A stretch of 64,000 nt of DNA from Gemmatimonadaceae bacterium. GTDB taxonomy: Bacteria; Gemmatimonadota; Gemmatimonadetes; Gemmatimonadales; Gemmatimonadaceae. The stretch's first letter is position 1, and the number at the start of each line of letters is the position of its first letter. The notes under the pieces are model-generated. The model searched no databases, had not been told where the DNA came from, and saw nothing but the letters and a program-made list of their open reading frames with translations. Location of the stretch: positions 28,283 to 92,282 of the forward strand of contig JBBDYC010000003.1 of the NCBI GenBank assembly GCA_040901985.1, in the 5' to 3' direction. The translations under genes were made by a program, and so were the position numbers. Shown in pieces: positions 32,128-45,300 of this stretch.

Positions 32128-33405
32128 ATGCGACGCTGGCTGCGCCGCCGGACCCTCTGGCCGTTCCTCGTGTCCGCGCTCGCCCTCGCCGCGTGCGGCG
32201 GCGACCGGACGGGCTACGAAGGCCCCTTCCGGGCCGAGGTGCGGCGCGCCATCCCGGCAATCGAGTCGTCCTTCGGCCGGCCCTTCAAGTCGCCGCCCCG
32301 CCTCGAGCTCCGGGACCGGGACCAAGTTCGGGAGTTTCTCGAGCAGCAGTTCAACGAGCAGCTGGCGCCGCTCGAGCTCGCCGGCATCGAGCGGGCGTAC
32401 AAGCTCTTCGGCCTGCTCCCCGACTCGCTCGACCTGCGCCGTTTCCTCCTCGACCTCCTCACCGAACAGGTGGCGGGCTACTACGACCCGGCGACGAAGG
32501 TGCTCTACGTGGTCGAGGGTGCGGCGCCGGAGATCACGGGCATCACGATCAGTCACGAGCTCGTGCACGCGCTGCAGGACCAGTACTTCCCCCTCGACTC
32601 GGCGCGTGGGCTGAAGGGCGACAACGACCGCCAGGTGGCGATGCAGGCGGTGATTGAGGGGCAGGCGGTCTACGAGCAGATGTCGAGCATGCTCGGCGGG
32701 GCGGACTTCGGGCTCCGGCTTCCCGGCGGCTGGGAACAGGTGCGCGAGATGATCCGCAGCGAGCAGGCCTCGATGCCGCTCTTCGCCAACGCGCCGATGC
32801 TGATCCAGGAGACCTTGCTCTTTCCGTATCTCAGCGGGGCCGAGTTTGCGCGGCAGTTCAAGCGGCTGCGGCCCGGCGAGATCCCCTTCTCGCCGATCGC
32901 CAGTTCCACGGAGCAGATCCTCAATCCGAACAAGTATCTCGACTCGATTCCCGACGTCCCGACCCGCGTGACCCTTCCCGCGCCGCGCGGCGGGACGCTG
33001 GTCCACGAGGACAACCTCGGCGAGTTCGAGACGCGACTCTTCCTGTACCACCACCTTGGCGACGTGTCGCTCGCCGCGCGCGGCGCGTCGGGATGGGACG
33101 GGGACCGCTATCAGGTGGTGGAGACGCGCGCCGGACCGGGGATTGCCTGGTTCACGGTCTGGGACTCGGCGGCGGATGCGGCCGAGTTCCGCGACCTGAT
33201 GGAGCGGGCCGTGGAGCGCCGGTTCGGCGTGGCGCCGCGCACCGGCGGCACCGGCGACGCGCGCCACTGGATGGCACGCGGCCGGCGGATCGCGCTGACG
33301 GCGGCGACGGTCGCCGGCCGCCCGGCCGTGGTCTTCGAGGACGTGCCGGCCGCTGCCGCCGGCGGGATCATTGACCTGCGCCGGGTGACGCTGCGTGAGG
33401 ACTGA
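32128..33405 (+). CDS. Lipoprotein with zincin HEXXH motif (putative metallopeptidase)
   Basis: Lipobox LAAC, AGYYDP, HELVHALQDQ, IEGQA, GWDGD. Confidence 0.8.
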   Translation: MRRWLRRRTLWPFLVSALALAACGGDRTGYEGPFRAEVRRAIPAIESSFGRPFKSPPRLELRDRDQVREFLEQQFNEQLAPLELAGIERAYKLFGLLPDSLDLRRFLLDLLTEQVAGYYDPATKVLYVVEGAAPEITGITISHELVHALQDQYFPLDSARGLKGDNDRQVAMQAVIEGQAVYEQMSSMLGGADFGLRLPGGWEQVREMIRSEQASMPLFANAPMLIQETLLFPYLSGAEFARQFKRLRPGEIPFSPIASSTEQILNPNKYLDSIPDVPTRVTLPAPRGGTLVHEDNLGEFETRLFLYHHLGDVSLAARGASGWDGDRYQVVETRAGPGIAWFTVWDSAADAAEFRDLMERAVERRFGVAPRTGGTGDARHWMARGRRIALTAATVAGRPAVVFEDVPAAAAGGIIDLRRVTLRED

Positions 33406-34690
33406 GCACCTGCTCCGGCTCGCGCGCGCGGCGTGCGCCGTGGGCGTCCTCGCCCTGCCGCCGGACGTTCGCGCGCAGGACCGCGAGGCCGAGCCGCGGA
33501 GCGCGACGACCACCGTCTTCGCGCGGTACGCGTCGCGGATCCTCAAGATCCAGGTCGTCGAGGTCGCCTCGGCGGCCAAGGTCGCGACCGGCACGGGCTT
33601 CTTCGTCGCCGCCGACGGGACGATGATGACGAACTATCACGTCATCTCCGACTGGATCCACGAGCCGGAGAACTACCGGATCGAGGTGCTCGACGACGCC
33701 GGCGACCCGACGGTCGCGAGCGTCCTGACGGTGGACGTCATCGCCGACCTCGCGATCCTCGCCACGGGAAAACCGGTGCCCCAGCACTTCACGCTCGGGC
33801 CGGCCGAGCTCCTGCAGGGCGACCGGCTCTACTCGCTCGGCCATCCCGGCGACCTCGGTCTCAGCATCGTCGAGGGCACCTACAACGGGCTGCTCCGTCA
33901 CACGCTCTACCCGAAGATCCACTTCACCGGGTCCATCAACCCGGGGATGAGCGGTGGCCCGACGATCACCAGCGCCGGTCGGGTGGTCGGCGTGAACGTC
34001 TCGACGATGGGCAACCAACGGAGCTTTCTGGTGCCGCAGGATCGGGCCTCGGCGCTGCTCGCGAAGGCCCAGGCGGCGGGATTCACGCCGCCCGAGCGGT
34101 TCCTCGACCTGGTCGCCGAGCAGGTGCGCGCGTTCCAGGAAGCGTATCTCTCGACGATGTTCGACGGCGAGGTGCCGAACGTCGAGGTCGGGCGGTTCCG
34201 CGTGGTGACCGAGCCGACCGACATCTTCCGCTGTTGGGGCGATGCCGATCGCGAGCCCGACCGGCTGTACGAGACTCTGGATCACTCCTGCTCCACCGAC
34301 GATTACGTCTACATCGCCGATCGGCAGGGCTCCGGCGTGATCCGCTTCCGCCACCAGGTCATCCGCTCGACCGGCCTGAGCGCGCGGCGATTCACCAACT
34401 ACTTCCAGAGCGTCTTCCAGCGGGACCACACGCCGGGCGGCTCCGAGAAGCACGTCGCGCCGTGGGAATGCACGTCCCGCAACGTCCGGGTGGCGGAGAC
34501 GACGATGCGCGCGGTCTACTGCCTGCGGAAGCTGCGCAAGCTCGGCGAACTCTACGATGCGGTGGTGAAGGTGGCCGTGCTCGGCGACGCGCAGACCGGG
34601 CTCATCTCGACGCTGACCCTCTCCGGCGTCTCGGCGGCGAACGCCGAACGGCTCTCGACGCGCTACCTGGAACTCGTCTCGTGGCGCTGA
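33395..34690 (+). CDS. Secreted trypsin-like serine protease with Cys-containing C-terminal domain, no PDZ
   Basis: Signal peptide; TNYHV, ADLAIL, NPGMSGGP. Confidence 0.85.
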   Translation: MRTEHLLRLARAACAVGVLALPPDVRAQDREAEPRSATTTVFARYASRILKIQVVEVASAAKVATGTGFFVAADGTMMTNYHVISDWIHEPENYRIEVLDDAGDPTVASVLTVDVIADLAILATGKPVPQHFTLGPAELLQGDRLYSLGHPGDLGLSIVEGTYNGLLRHTLYPKIHFTGSINPGMSGGPTITSAGRVVGVNVSTMGNQRSFLVPQDRASALLAKAQAAGFTPPERFLDLVAEQVRAFQEAYLSTMFDGEVPNVEVGRFRVVTEPTDIFRCWGDADREPDRLYETLDHSCSTDDYVYIADRQGSGVIRFRHQVIRSTGLSARRFTNYFQSVFQRDHTPGGSEKHVAPWECTSRNVRVAETTMRAVYCLRKLRKLGELYDAVVKVAVLGDAQTGLISTLTLSGVSAANAERLSTRYLELVSWR

Positions 34691-35667
34691 TTCTCGAGCG
34701 CCTCGACGGCCGTCGGGCCGAGCCGGTGGAGCGGGTGGCGCTCGACCGGCTTCCGCTCACGATTGGGCGCGCGCTCGACAACGACCTCGTGCTCGACGAT
34801 CCGCACGTGGACCCGCATCACGCGCGCGTGGTCGCCGCCGGGGATGGCACGGCGGTCCTCGAGGACCTTGGCAGCGTCAACGGCATCGCGCTCCACGGCG
34901 GCGACCGCGCCGACCGCCTCCCGCTCGTCGCGGGGACGATGCTGCGCCTCGGGCGGACGGGCCTGCGCGTCCGGGACCGCGCCGAGTCCGTGGCGCCGGC
35001 GTTGCCGCTGACCCGGTTCGCGCCCGCTCGCCACTGGCTCGACCACCGACGCTGGCAGCTCGCGTTGATTGCCGCCGCCCTCGGCGCGGTGGCCGACGCT
35101 TCGTGGACCGGGACGAGCACTCGCGACGGCCTGAGCGAGACGCTGGGGATCGTCGTGGCGGCGACCGCTTTTCTGGCGATCTGGGCTGCCGCGTGGGCGG
35201 TCGTCGGCAAGCTCGTCGTCCGCCGGGCGGCGTTCCTGAACCACGCGGCGATCGCCGCGGCCACCGTGCTCGCCGTGGCGCTGCTCGAGGCCGTGACGTC
35301 GTGGGGCCAGTTTCTCTTCCCGGCCGCAGCCCGCGTGTTCGACGGCGTGGACTGGGTGATGATGATCGCGATCACCTGCGTGATGCTCTCGGCGCATCTC
35401 GTCTTCTCGACCGCGCTCACGTCCCGCGCGCGGTGGGTCGGCGTGCTTTCGGTGGTCGGCGGGTTCATCGTCCTCAGCGGCGCCTTTGCGCTCGTGAAGG
35501 ACGACGCCTTCACCGATGTGCCGGAGTTCGTTGGCGAGCTCAAGCGGGCGCCGGCGGCGCTCATCCCGGCGGGCGACCTCGAGTCGTTCCGCGCCGCCGC
35601 CGCGGCGACCCGCGTCCGCATGGACTCGCTCAAGCAGCGTCCCGCGGCGGACGCCCGCGAGGAGTGA
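34681..35667 (+). CDS. FHA-domain multi-pass membrane protein
   Basis: IGRALDND..HHA..DLGSVNG followed by about 5 hydrophobic helices; GTG overlaps the protease stop. Confidence 0.8.
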   Translation: MALILERLDGRRAEPVERVALDRLPLTIGRALDNDLVLDDPHVDPHHARVVAAGDGTAVLEDLGSVNGIALHGGDRADRLPLVAGTMLRLGRTGLRVRDRAESVAPALPLTRFAPARHWLDHRRWQLALIAAALGAVADASWTGTSTRDGLSETLGIVVAATAFLAIWAAAWAVVGKLVVRRAAFLNHAAIAAATVLAVALLEAVTSWGQFLFPAAARVFDGVDWVMMIAITCVMLSAHLVFSTALTSRARWVGVLSVVGGFIVLSGAFALVKDDAFTDVPEFVGELKRAPAALIPAGDLESFRAAAAATRVRMDSLKQRPAADAREE

Positions 35668-35670
35668 CCG

Positions 35671-36777
35671 TCAGCCGATCAGTCGGCGGCCGAGGAAGGT
35701 GAGTGTGCCGATGATCGCGCCGAGGAGGTAGCCGAGGTTCACGATCGTCGTCAACTCGCGCTGCGTGACGCCGCGGATGATCTCCTCGATCCGTGCCGTG
35801 CTGAAGCCGAGCACCTTGCGCTCGACCATCGCTGGAATGTCGAGTTGCTCGACGAAGCGCGGCAGTTCGTTCTCGAGCCACTGCCAGAGCGCCGGGCCGC
35901 CGACCGCAGCGAGCCGCGCCGCCGCGTCGTCGGCGAAGAAGCGGGCCGGCCGGCCGATTGGCCGGTCGAGCAGCGCGGTCGCGCCCTTGGCGGCGCCCTC
36001 GGCGGCGAGCGCGTGCACGCGGGGTGTCCGCGCGCCCTCGAGGATCCAGCGGACCACCACGTCCTCGCCGATCGTGTCGAGCACGTCGGCCCAGGTGCGT
36101 GTCCCCGCGCGCCCGAGGGCATCGGAGACCGTGCGCTCGACGAAGTTGCGCGTGCGCTCGGTGCCGGCCATCCGCAACAGCAGGTCGCCGACGCGCGCCG
36201 CCGCCGTGCGATCGTCCGAGGTGCGCGCCTCCTCGAGGAGTTCGGTCGCCAGCTCGGCCGCCTGCGCAGAGAGCTCGGCCCGCCGTTCGCTGGTCAGCAC
36301 CTCATTCACCGCGCGCCCGCCGACCTCGGCGCGCAACCGCGCGAGTGCCTCGCGCACGTGCACCTCGAACGCCGGCGTCGCCGTCCAGGCGTCCACACGG
36401 TCGGCGACCGCCGGGCCAAGGCCTTCGAGGGCGCGCTCCACCTCGGTGACCACCGCCGGCGGCAGGAGCTCGCGCAGCGGGCCGCGCTCCACCTCGAGCG
36501 CCGACTGGATCAGGCCCGCCAGGCGCGTGTCGAGCGTCTCCCGGAAACCGGCGCGGCGCAACTCGTCGAGCAGGTCCTTCGGCGTGAGGAGCTTCTCACC
36601 CACCGTGCGGCCGATGCTTTTGGCGAGCCGCGCCTTGTTCTTGGGGATCGCGCCGTGCAGGCCGTACCGGCGGTCGTAGGGATGAAAGAGCATCCAGACC
36701 GCGACCGCGTTGGTCACGCCGCCGGCCACGGTGCCGATGGCGACGCTGAGCAAAAACTCCTGCCAGAGGGGGCTCAC
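35671..36777 (-). CDS. DUF445-family membrane protein
   Basis: GGVTNAVAVWMLFHP, GAIPK, C-terminal ELTTIVNLGYLLGAIIG. Confidence 0.85.
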   Translation of the reverse strand: MSPLWQEFLLSVAIGTVAGGVTNAVAVWMLFHPYDRRYGLHGAIPKNKARLAKSIGRTVGEKLLTPKDLLDELRRAGFRETLDTRLAGLIQSALEVERGPLRELLPPAVVTEVERALEGLGPAVADRVDAWTATPAFEVHVREALARLRAEVGGRAVNEVLTSERRAELSAQAAELATELLEEARTSDDRTAAARVGDLLLRMAGTERTRNFVERTVSDALGRAGTRTWADVLDTIGEDVVVRWILEGARTPRVHALAAEGAAKGATALLDRPIGRPARFFADDAAARLAAVGGPALWQWLENELPRFVEQLDIPAMVERKVLGFSTARIEEIIRGVTQRELTTIVNLGYLLGAIIGTLTFLGRRLIG

Positions 36778-36787
36778 GCGGTACCGA

Positions 36788-39241
<2,454 letters not shown>

Positions 39242-39374
39242 GTCCACTAATGTATGGTGCTTGCTCGCTTTCGCGCACCCGTCACCCCGGCGGTCGCGTC
39301 GGCGACCGAGGTGGTGGTTGGTACGACTCCGCGCCTTGGCCGAGAGCCCCGAAGTGGTTATGCTTCAAGGCTCT

Positions 39375-40676
39375 ATGTTCACGGAACTCTCCGAGAAGCT
39401 GGAAGCCACGTTCGCGAAGCTGCGCGGTCGTGGCGTCCTTTCTGAAGCCGACATCAAGGAGGGCCTGCGCGAAGTCCGCCGGGTGCTGCTTGAGGCCGAC
39501 GTCAGTTTCCAGCTGACCCGCGAGTTCCTCGAACGGGTCGAGAAGCGCGCCGTCGGTGTGGCGCAACTCCGGACCGTCTCGCCGGCACAGCAGCTCGTGA
39601 AGATCGTCTACGACGAACTCACGGTAATGCTCGGCGAGCGTCGTGAGGGACTCAAGCTCTCGTCCGTTCCGCCGACTGTCGTGTTGATGGTTGGTCTGCA
39701 GGGGTCGGGCAAGACGACGACCGCGGCCAAGCTGGCGCGCAAGTTGAAGGGCGAGGGGCGGCAGGTGCGGCTCGTCGCCGGCGATGTCTACCGTCCGGCG
39801 GCGATCGACCAACTCGAGACGTTGGGGAAGGAGATCGGCGTCCCGGTCTTTGCGGACCGTTCGACCACCGACGTGGTGCGGATCGCGCGCGCCGGCGTCG
39901 AGCAGGCAAAGCAGGGGCGGGACCGCGTGGTGATCGTGGACACGGCGGGCCGCCTGCAGATTGACGAGGCGATGATGGACGAACTGCGTCGGGTGAAGGA
40001 CGCGGTGCGGCCTGACGAGATCCTCCTCGTCGCCGATGGGATGACCGGACAGGACGCCGTGCGGATCGCGCAGGGCTTCGACCAGGCGCTCGGCGTGACG
40101 GGGGTGATCCTGACGAAGATGGACGGGGACGCGCGCGGTGGCGCGGCGCTCTCCATCTACGGGGTGACGAAGAAGCCGATCAAGTACATCGGCGTGGGGG
40201 AGAAGTCCGACGCGCTTGAGGAGTTCCATCCGGATCGTATGGCCGGCCGGATCCTCCAGCAGGGCGACGTGCTCACGCTGGTGGAGAAGGCGCAGGCATC
40301 TTTCGACAACGACGAGACCAAGCGACTCGAGAAGAAGGTGCGCAAGGAGGGGATGGACCTGCAGGACTTCCTCGGCGCGATGAAGCAGATGGAGAAGCTG
40401 GGTTCGATGCAGAACGTGCTGAAGATGCTCCCCGGGATGAACAGCAAGATGTTGAAGCAGGCGAGCCAGGTGGATCCGAAGCGGATGCGGCACCTCGAGG
40501 CGATCGTGCTCTCGATGACCGCCGAGGAGCGCCGGAAGCCGGAGGTGATCAATGGATCGCGACGGGCCCGCGTGGCGAAGGGGTCGGGGCGGCCGGTGAG
40601 CGAGGTGAATCGCCTGCTGGAGCAGTTCCGGGAGATGCAGAAGATGATGAAGAGGATGGCGCAGAAGCAGCGATGA
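39375..40676 (+). CDS. ffh: Signal recognition particle protein
   Basis: GLQGSGKTT, DTAGR, TKMDGDARGG, Met-rich M domain with SRRARVAKGSG. Confidence 0.98.
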   Translation: MFTELSEKLEATFAKLRGRGVLSEADIKEGLREVRRVLLEADVSFQLTREFLERVEKRAVGVAQLRTVSPAQQLVKIVYDELTVMLGERREGLKLSSVPPTVVLMVGLQGSGKTTTAAKLARKLKGEGRQVRLVAGDVYRPAAIDQLETLGKEIGVPVFADRSTTDVVRIARAGVEQAKQGRDRVVIVDTAGRLQIDEAMMDELRRVKDAVRPDEILLVADGMTGQDAVRIAQGFDQALGVTGVILTKMDGDARGGAALSIYGVTKKPIKYIGVGEKSDALEEFHPDRMAGRILQQGDVLTLVEKAQASFDNDETKRLEKKVRKEGMDLQDFLGAMKQMEKLGSMQNVLKMLPGMNSKMLKQASQVDPKRMRHLEAIVLSMTAEERRKPEVINGSRRARVAKGSGRPVSEVNRLLEQFREMQKMMKRMAQKQR

Positions 40677-40769
40677 CGTGAAGGACCCGAGTGCGATCCG
40701 GAAACGCCGGATTTCGCGATGAGCTCGGCGCAGGTTCTCTACCCGTAACCCGAAGATTCGAGGAACCAA

Positions 40770-41075
40770 ATGGCCGTTCGCATCCGTCTCCGCCGTCAGG
40801 GCCGCAAGAAGGCCCCCACGTATCGCATCGTCGTCGCCGATGGCCGGTCGCCGCGCGATGGCAAGTTCCTCGAGATCCTCGGGCAGTACGCCCCGCGCTC
40901 GGGGGAGACCGCGCTGCAGCTCAACGTGGAGCGCGCCAACTACTGGCTCGACGTCGGCGCCCAGCCGTCAGACACCGTCCGCTCGCTCCTCCGGAAGGCC
41001 GGCGTGCTGAAGACGCGCCACGAGACCCGCCTCGCCGCGAAGCTCGCCGACAAGGCCGTCCCGGTGAAGGGGTAG
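40770..41075 (+). CDS. rpsP: 30S ribosomal protein S16
   Basis: MAVRIRLRRQGRKKAPTYRIVVADGRSPRDG, GAQPSDTV. Confidence 0.98.
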   Translation: MAVRIRLRRQGRKKAPTYRIVVADGRSPRDGKFLEILGQYAPRSGETALQLNVERANYWLDVGAQPSDTVRSLLRKAGVLKTRHETRLAAKLADKAVPVKG

Positions 41076-41083
41076 ACCAAGGC

Positions 41084-41629
41084 GTGCCGCTCCCCGACTG
41101 CGCGAGTGTGGGGCGGATCCGCCATCCGCACGGCGTGCGGGGAGAACTGGTGGTGGAAGCGCTGACCGGCGAGCCGGATGCGATCTTCGCGCCCGGCCGC
41201 CGCGTGTTCCGCGGCACCGACGAGGGGGCGCTCTGGCTCGACCCCAAGTCGCGCGAGCCGCGCGAGCTCACCGTCACCGCGCTTCGGCCGTTCCGGGAAG
41301 GATGGCTCATCACCTTCGACGCCATCACGGACCGCACGGAGGCGGAGCGTTGGAACGGGCGACATCTTCTCGTGCCGGTCACGGAGCTGTCCGAGCCCGC
41401 GGAGAATGAGGTCTTTGCGCACGAGCTGGTCGGGATGATGCTGGTGGACGCCGAGAGCGGAGAGGAGATTGGCCCGGTGGTGGAGTTCTACGAGGTTCCG
41501 CAGGGGATCCTCCTCGAGTTCCGCACCGCGACCGGCATCGCGAGCGTCCCCTTCGTGGACGAGTTCGTCAGCTCGGTGGACCGGGAAGGGAAGCGCATCG
41601 CGGTGACCCTGCCGGACGGGCTAATGTAG
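41084..41629 (+). CDS. rimM: 16S rRNA processing protein RimM
   Basis: VGRIRHPHGVRGE, C-terminal PRC barrel (VPFV..VD..LPDGL); synteny. Confidence 0.92.
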   Translation: MPLPDCASVGRIRHPHGVRGELVVEALTGEPDAIFAPGRRVFRGTDEGALWLDPKSREPRELTVTALRPFREGWLITFDAITDRTEAERWNGRHLLVPVTELSEPAENEVFAHELVGMMLVDAESGEEIGPVVEFYEVPQGILLEFRTATGIASVPFVDEFVSSVDREGKRIAVTLPDGLM

Positions 41630-41663
41630 TTCCGTTCTCCTCTCCCCTTTCAACTCTCGCCAG

Positions 41664-42323
41664 TTGTTACAGATCAACATCGTCTCGATCTTCCCGGAGT
41701 TCTTCACCGGCCCGCTCGCGCTCTCGATCCCCAAGCGCGCGGCGGAGGCGGGGCTCGTCTCGTACCGCTGCGTGGACCTCCGCAGCTTCGCGACCGACAA
41801 GCACAAGACGGTGGACGACGCGCCCTTCGGCGGCGGTCCTGGGATGGTGATGAAGCCGCAGCCTTTCTTCGACGCGGTCGAATCACTGGGCGCCAGGGCG
41901 CCGATTGTCCTCCTCTCGCCACGTGGGAAGATCTTCACGCACGCCGACGCCGAGCGCTTCGCCGCGGGGGCCGAGCTCACGCTCCTCTGCGGGCACTACA
42001 AGGACGTGGACCAGCGCGTCGCCGATCACCTCGCCACCGAGGAGCTCTCGCTCGGCGATTTCGTCCTCTCCGGCGGGGAACCGGCGGCGCTCGCGGTCGT
42101 GGACGCCGTGGTCCGGCTCCTGCCCGGCGCGATGAGCGACATCGAGAGCGCGCGGACCGACTCGTTCTTCGACCGCGGACTCTCGGCGCCGAGCTATACG
42201 CGGCCGGCGGAGTACCGGGGACACGCGGTGCCGGACGTCTTGCTCTCGGGCAACCACGCGGCGATTGAGAAGTGGCGGAAGGAGGAAGGCGAGCGGCTGA
42301 CGCAAAAGCGCTCGGAGTCGTAG
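41664..42323 (+). CDS. trmD: tRNA (guanine37-N1)-methyltransferase
   Basis: VDDAPFGGGPGMVMK, LSPRG, SLGDFVLSGGE, YTRP, LLSGNH. Confidence 0.97.
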   Translation: MLQINIVSIFPEFFTGPLALSIPKRAAEAGLVSYRCVDLRSFATDKHKTVDDAPFGGGPGMVMKPQPFFDAVESLGARAPIVLLSPRGKIFTHADAERFAAGAELTLLCGHYKDVDQRVADHLATEELSLGDFVLSGGEPAALAVVDAVVRLLPGAMSDIESARTDSFFDRGLSAPSYTRPAEYRGHAVPDVLLSGNHAAIEKWRKEEGERLTQKRSES

Positions 42324-42333
42324 CTTCACTGCG

Positions 42334-45300
42334 ATGCCAGACGACCTCGGCCCGCGCCTCCAACGATCGCTCGGCGACGCCTTTGCCATTGAGCGCGAGC
42401 TCGGTGGCGGAGGAATGGCGCGGGTGTATTTGGCGCGTGATGCCGCGCTGGACCGTCGCGTGGTCATCAAGGTCCTCGACCTCGAAGGCGCGATCGCCGC
42501 CAGCGGCGAGCGCTTCCGTCGCGAGATCAAACTCATCGCGCAGTTGCAGCACCCGCACATCGTGCCGGTGCTCACCGCTGGCGGCGACGACACGCTGCTC
42601 TGGTATGCGATGCCGTACGTGGCCGGCGAGTCGTTGCGGGCGCGCTTGGTGCGCGAAGGTGCACTGCCGCTCGCGGACGCACTGCGCATTGCCCGTGAGC
42701 TCCTCGATGCGCTCGCGTTTGCCCACGAACACGGTGTGGTGCACCGCGATGTGAAGCCGGAGAACATTCTGCTCGAGGGCCGCCACGCGGTGGTGGCGGA
42801 CTTCGGTGTGGCCAAGGCGCTCTCGGAAGCCGGCGTGTCCGGTGCAGGGCTCACGTCGGTCGGGCTGGCGCTCGGCACGCCAGCGTATATGGCGCCTGAG
42901 CAGGCGATGGCCGACGCGACGACCAACCATCGCGCCGATCTGTACGCGGCAGGCGCGGTGATGTACGAGATGCTGGCAGGTGCCGCGCCGTATACTGGCG
43001 CGGCGCAGGCGGTGGTGGCCGCGCACCTCACAGCGCCTATTCCGCGGATCGAGGAGCGACGGAATGACGTGCCGCCAGCGGTGGCCTCGCTGATCTTCCG
43101 GCTGCTGGCAAAGAACCCGGCCGAACGTCCGCAGAGTGCGCACGAGGTGGCCGTCGCGCTCGAAGGCGTGACCACGCCGGGCGGCGGTTTCGTTACGACG
43201 CCAACGCCGAGTCCGGCGACGGTCACTGGCGCGTTCCTCGCGTCGATCGGCGCTGTGCCACTGCCTAACGCATCGCGCGCGAGCACCTGGCGCCGACGGT
43301 CGATTGCCGCGGCGAGCGTGGCAGCTGTTGTGGTTGCCGGAGTATGGTTCAAGTCTCGCGCTGAGGCGGCACCGGTCGTTGAGGGGGCCGATGTCATTGC
43401 CGTCGTGCCGTTCGGTAGCACGGGCGACTCCGTACTCGCGCGGCTCGGGCGCGACCTCGTCGTGACGATGAGCACGAACCTCGACGGCGTCGGTTTGCTC
43501 CGCGCCGTGGATGCGATGAGCGTGCTGCAGCGGGCCCAGCAGCTTCCGCAGCCGGTGCCGCTCGCCGACGCCCGCGCGCTCGGCGAAGCCCTCGGCGCAC
43601 GCAGTGTGCTGCACGGTTCGCTCGTGCGTGAAGGCGCGCTCGTTCGTGCCAATCTTGGCCTGTACCCGGTGGGCGAGGGCGACGCGATCGCGCGCTTCTC
43701 GACAATCGGCTCACCGGACAGTGTACGCGCCCTGACCGACTCGCTGAGTGCCGCGCTCCTGCGTCTCGTCTGGACGCGTGGGAAGCCGCCTTCGCCACTC
43801 TTGGCCGACGTGGCGACGGCGTCGGGTGACGCGCTCCGTGCCTTCTTGGCCGGCGAAGCGGCGTTCGGCCGCTCGGACATCCCCGGCGCGATTGCTGCGT
43901 ACGAGCGCGCCGTCGCGGCCGATTCGCTGTTCGCCCAGGCATGGCTGCGGATTGATTATTCGCGGGCGCTCTTCCTCATGGGACCAGACACGATCGTCCG
44001 TCGGAAGGTCCGCGAACTCAGTGGCCGGCTGCCCGCGCGCGACCGCGAACTCCTTGAGTTGCGCATCGCCACCGGGATCACGACGCGGGAGCGGATCGAC
44101 TCCGGCCGCGTCCTCGCCGCGCGCTATCCGGATTACCACACCGCGCAGTATGAGGCGGGGGACGACATCATTCACGGCGGACCGCTGGTTGGCATTCCCA
44201 TCAGCGAGGCGCTCCCGTATCTCCAGCGCCTCGAGGTGCTGGCGCCGAACCACGCCGACAACGCCCTCCACCGCGCGATGGTCGCCCTTGTCCTCGGCGA
44301 TACGGTGGAACTTCGTCAATCGGCTCTCGATGTAGTCGCGCGTGCGCCCAACCAGCTCGGCGAATTCGGCCGCTCGATATTGCGAGTTCTCGAAGGGCGG
44401 AGGACTGGTCGTCCTATTCCGTTGGACTCGCTGGTGGCGGGGTTGCCAGGCATCGCAGATCTCCTCTCCCAGAATCCAGATTTCGCCTGGTTCCCGGGCC
44501 AGTTCTGGGCGCCCGGTGGTGCGCCTGGGGAATCCGAGGCGCACCTGGTGGCGGCCCGACGCTCAGGTATGTTCGCCGGACACCGCGGCGCGATGCTCCA
44601 CAGCGAGGGATCGCTCGATGTGTCGCGCGGAAACGTCGCGAAGGGCGTCGAGACGCTCGCGGCGGTAGAACTGTTCAACGCTCCGACGTCCGCCCGACTC
44701 GCCGCAGCGCGCGCGGCGGCGCAGGGGGCCTGGTTGGGACTGCTGCCGGCGGCGGACGCAGGCGCGGCGGTCGCTCGCGCCCGGGAACGCCTCAAGGACC
44801 TGCGCGGCATCGATGCGATCGAGCTCGCCTGGGCTGAGGGCGTCGTTGCCATTGCCGCTGGCGACTCGGTCCGCCTGCGCCGAGCCATTGCTCAGGTGTC
44901 AGACACGACCGCGTTCAGGGCCAACGTCTCCCGGGGACTGCGCGCGCTCTGGCGTGAGCGTGCCACCGGCCTCACCGACAGTCTCATCGCGTCGGAGGAC
45001 GCGGCGATGGTGGCGTCCACGACCTTCACGCCGGCGATCTCACTCAATCGCCTTGCCATCGGCCGCGACCTGACGCGCCGCGGCAATCCCGAGCGCGCCG
45101 AGCATTACCTGCAGTGGACCGACGCTGTCGGGACCTCGACGAGGAACGTCGCGGTCGTCAGTACGATGCTCGGCTACAACAGCTATGACCGTGGCCTGGC
45201 GCGCGAGGCCGCCGGCGACCGCACGGGAGCGATCCTGCACCTCCAGCGCTTCGTCGAGCTGGTGGACCAGCCCACACCGGCACTCCAGCCGCAGCTGGAC

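Noticed and set aside
30475..33594. N-terminal 1000+ aa of the 1307-aa minus-strand ORF
   Set aside because: Antisense to trmH, pilD and the lipoprotein; only 29671-30474 has a lipobox and M48 motifs.
40677..40769. SRP (4.5S) RNA next to ffh
   Set aside because: Lacks the helix-8 CAGG..GNRA..AGCA signature; kept only as a possible leader.
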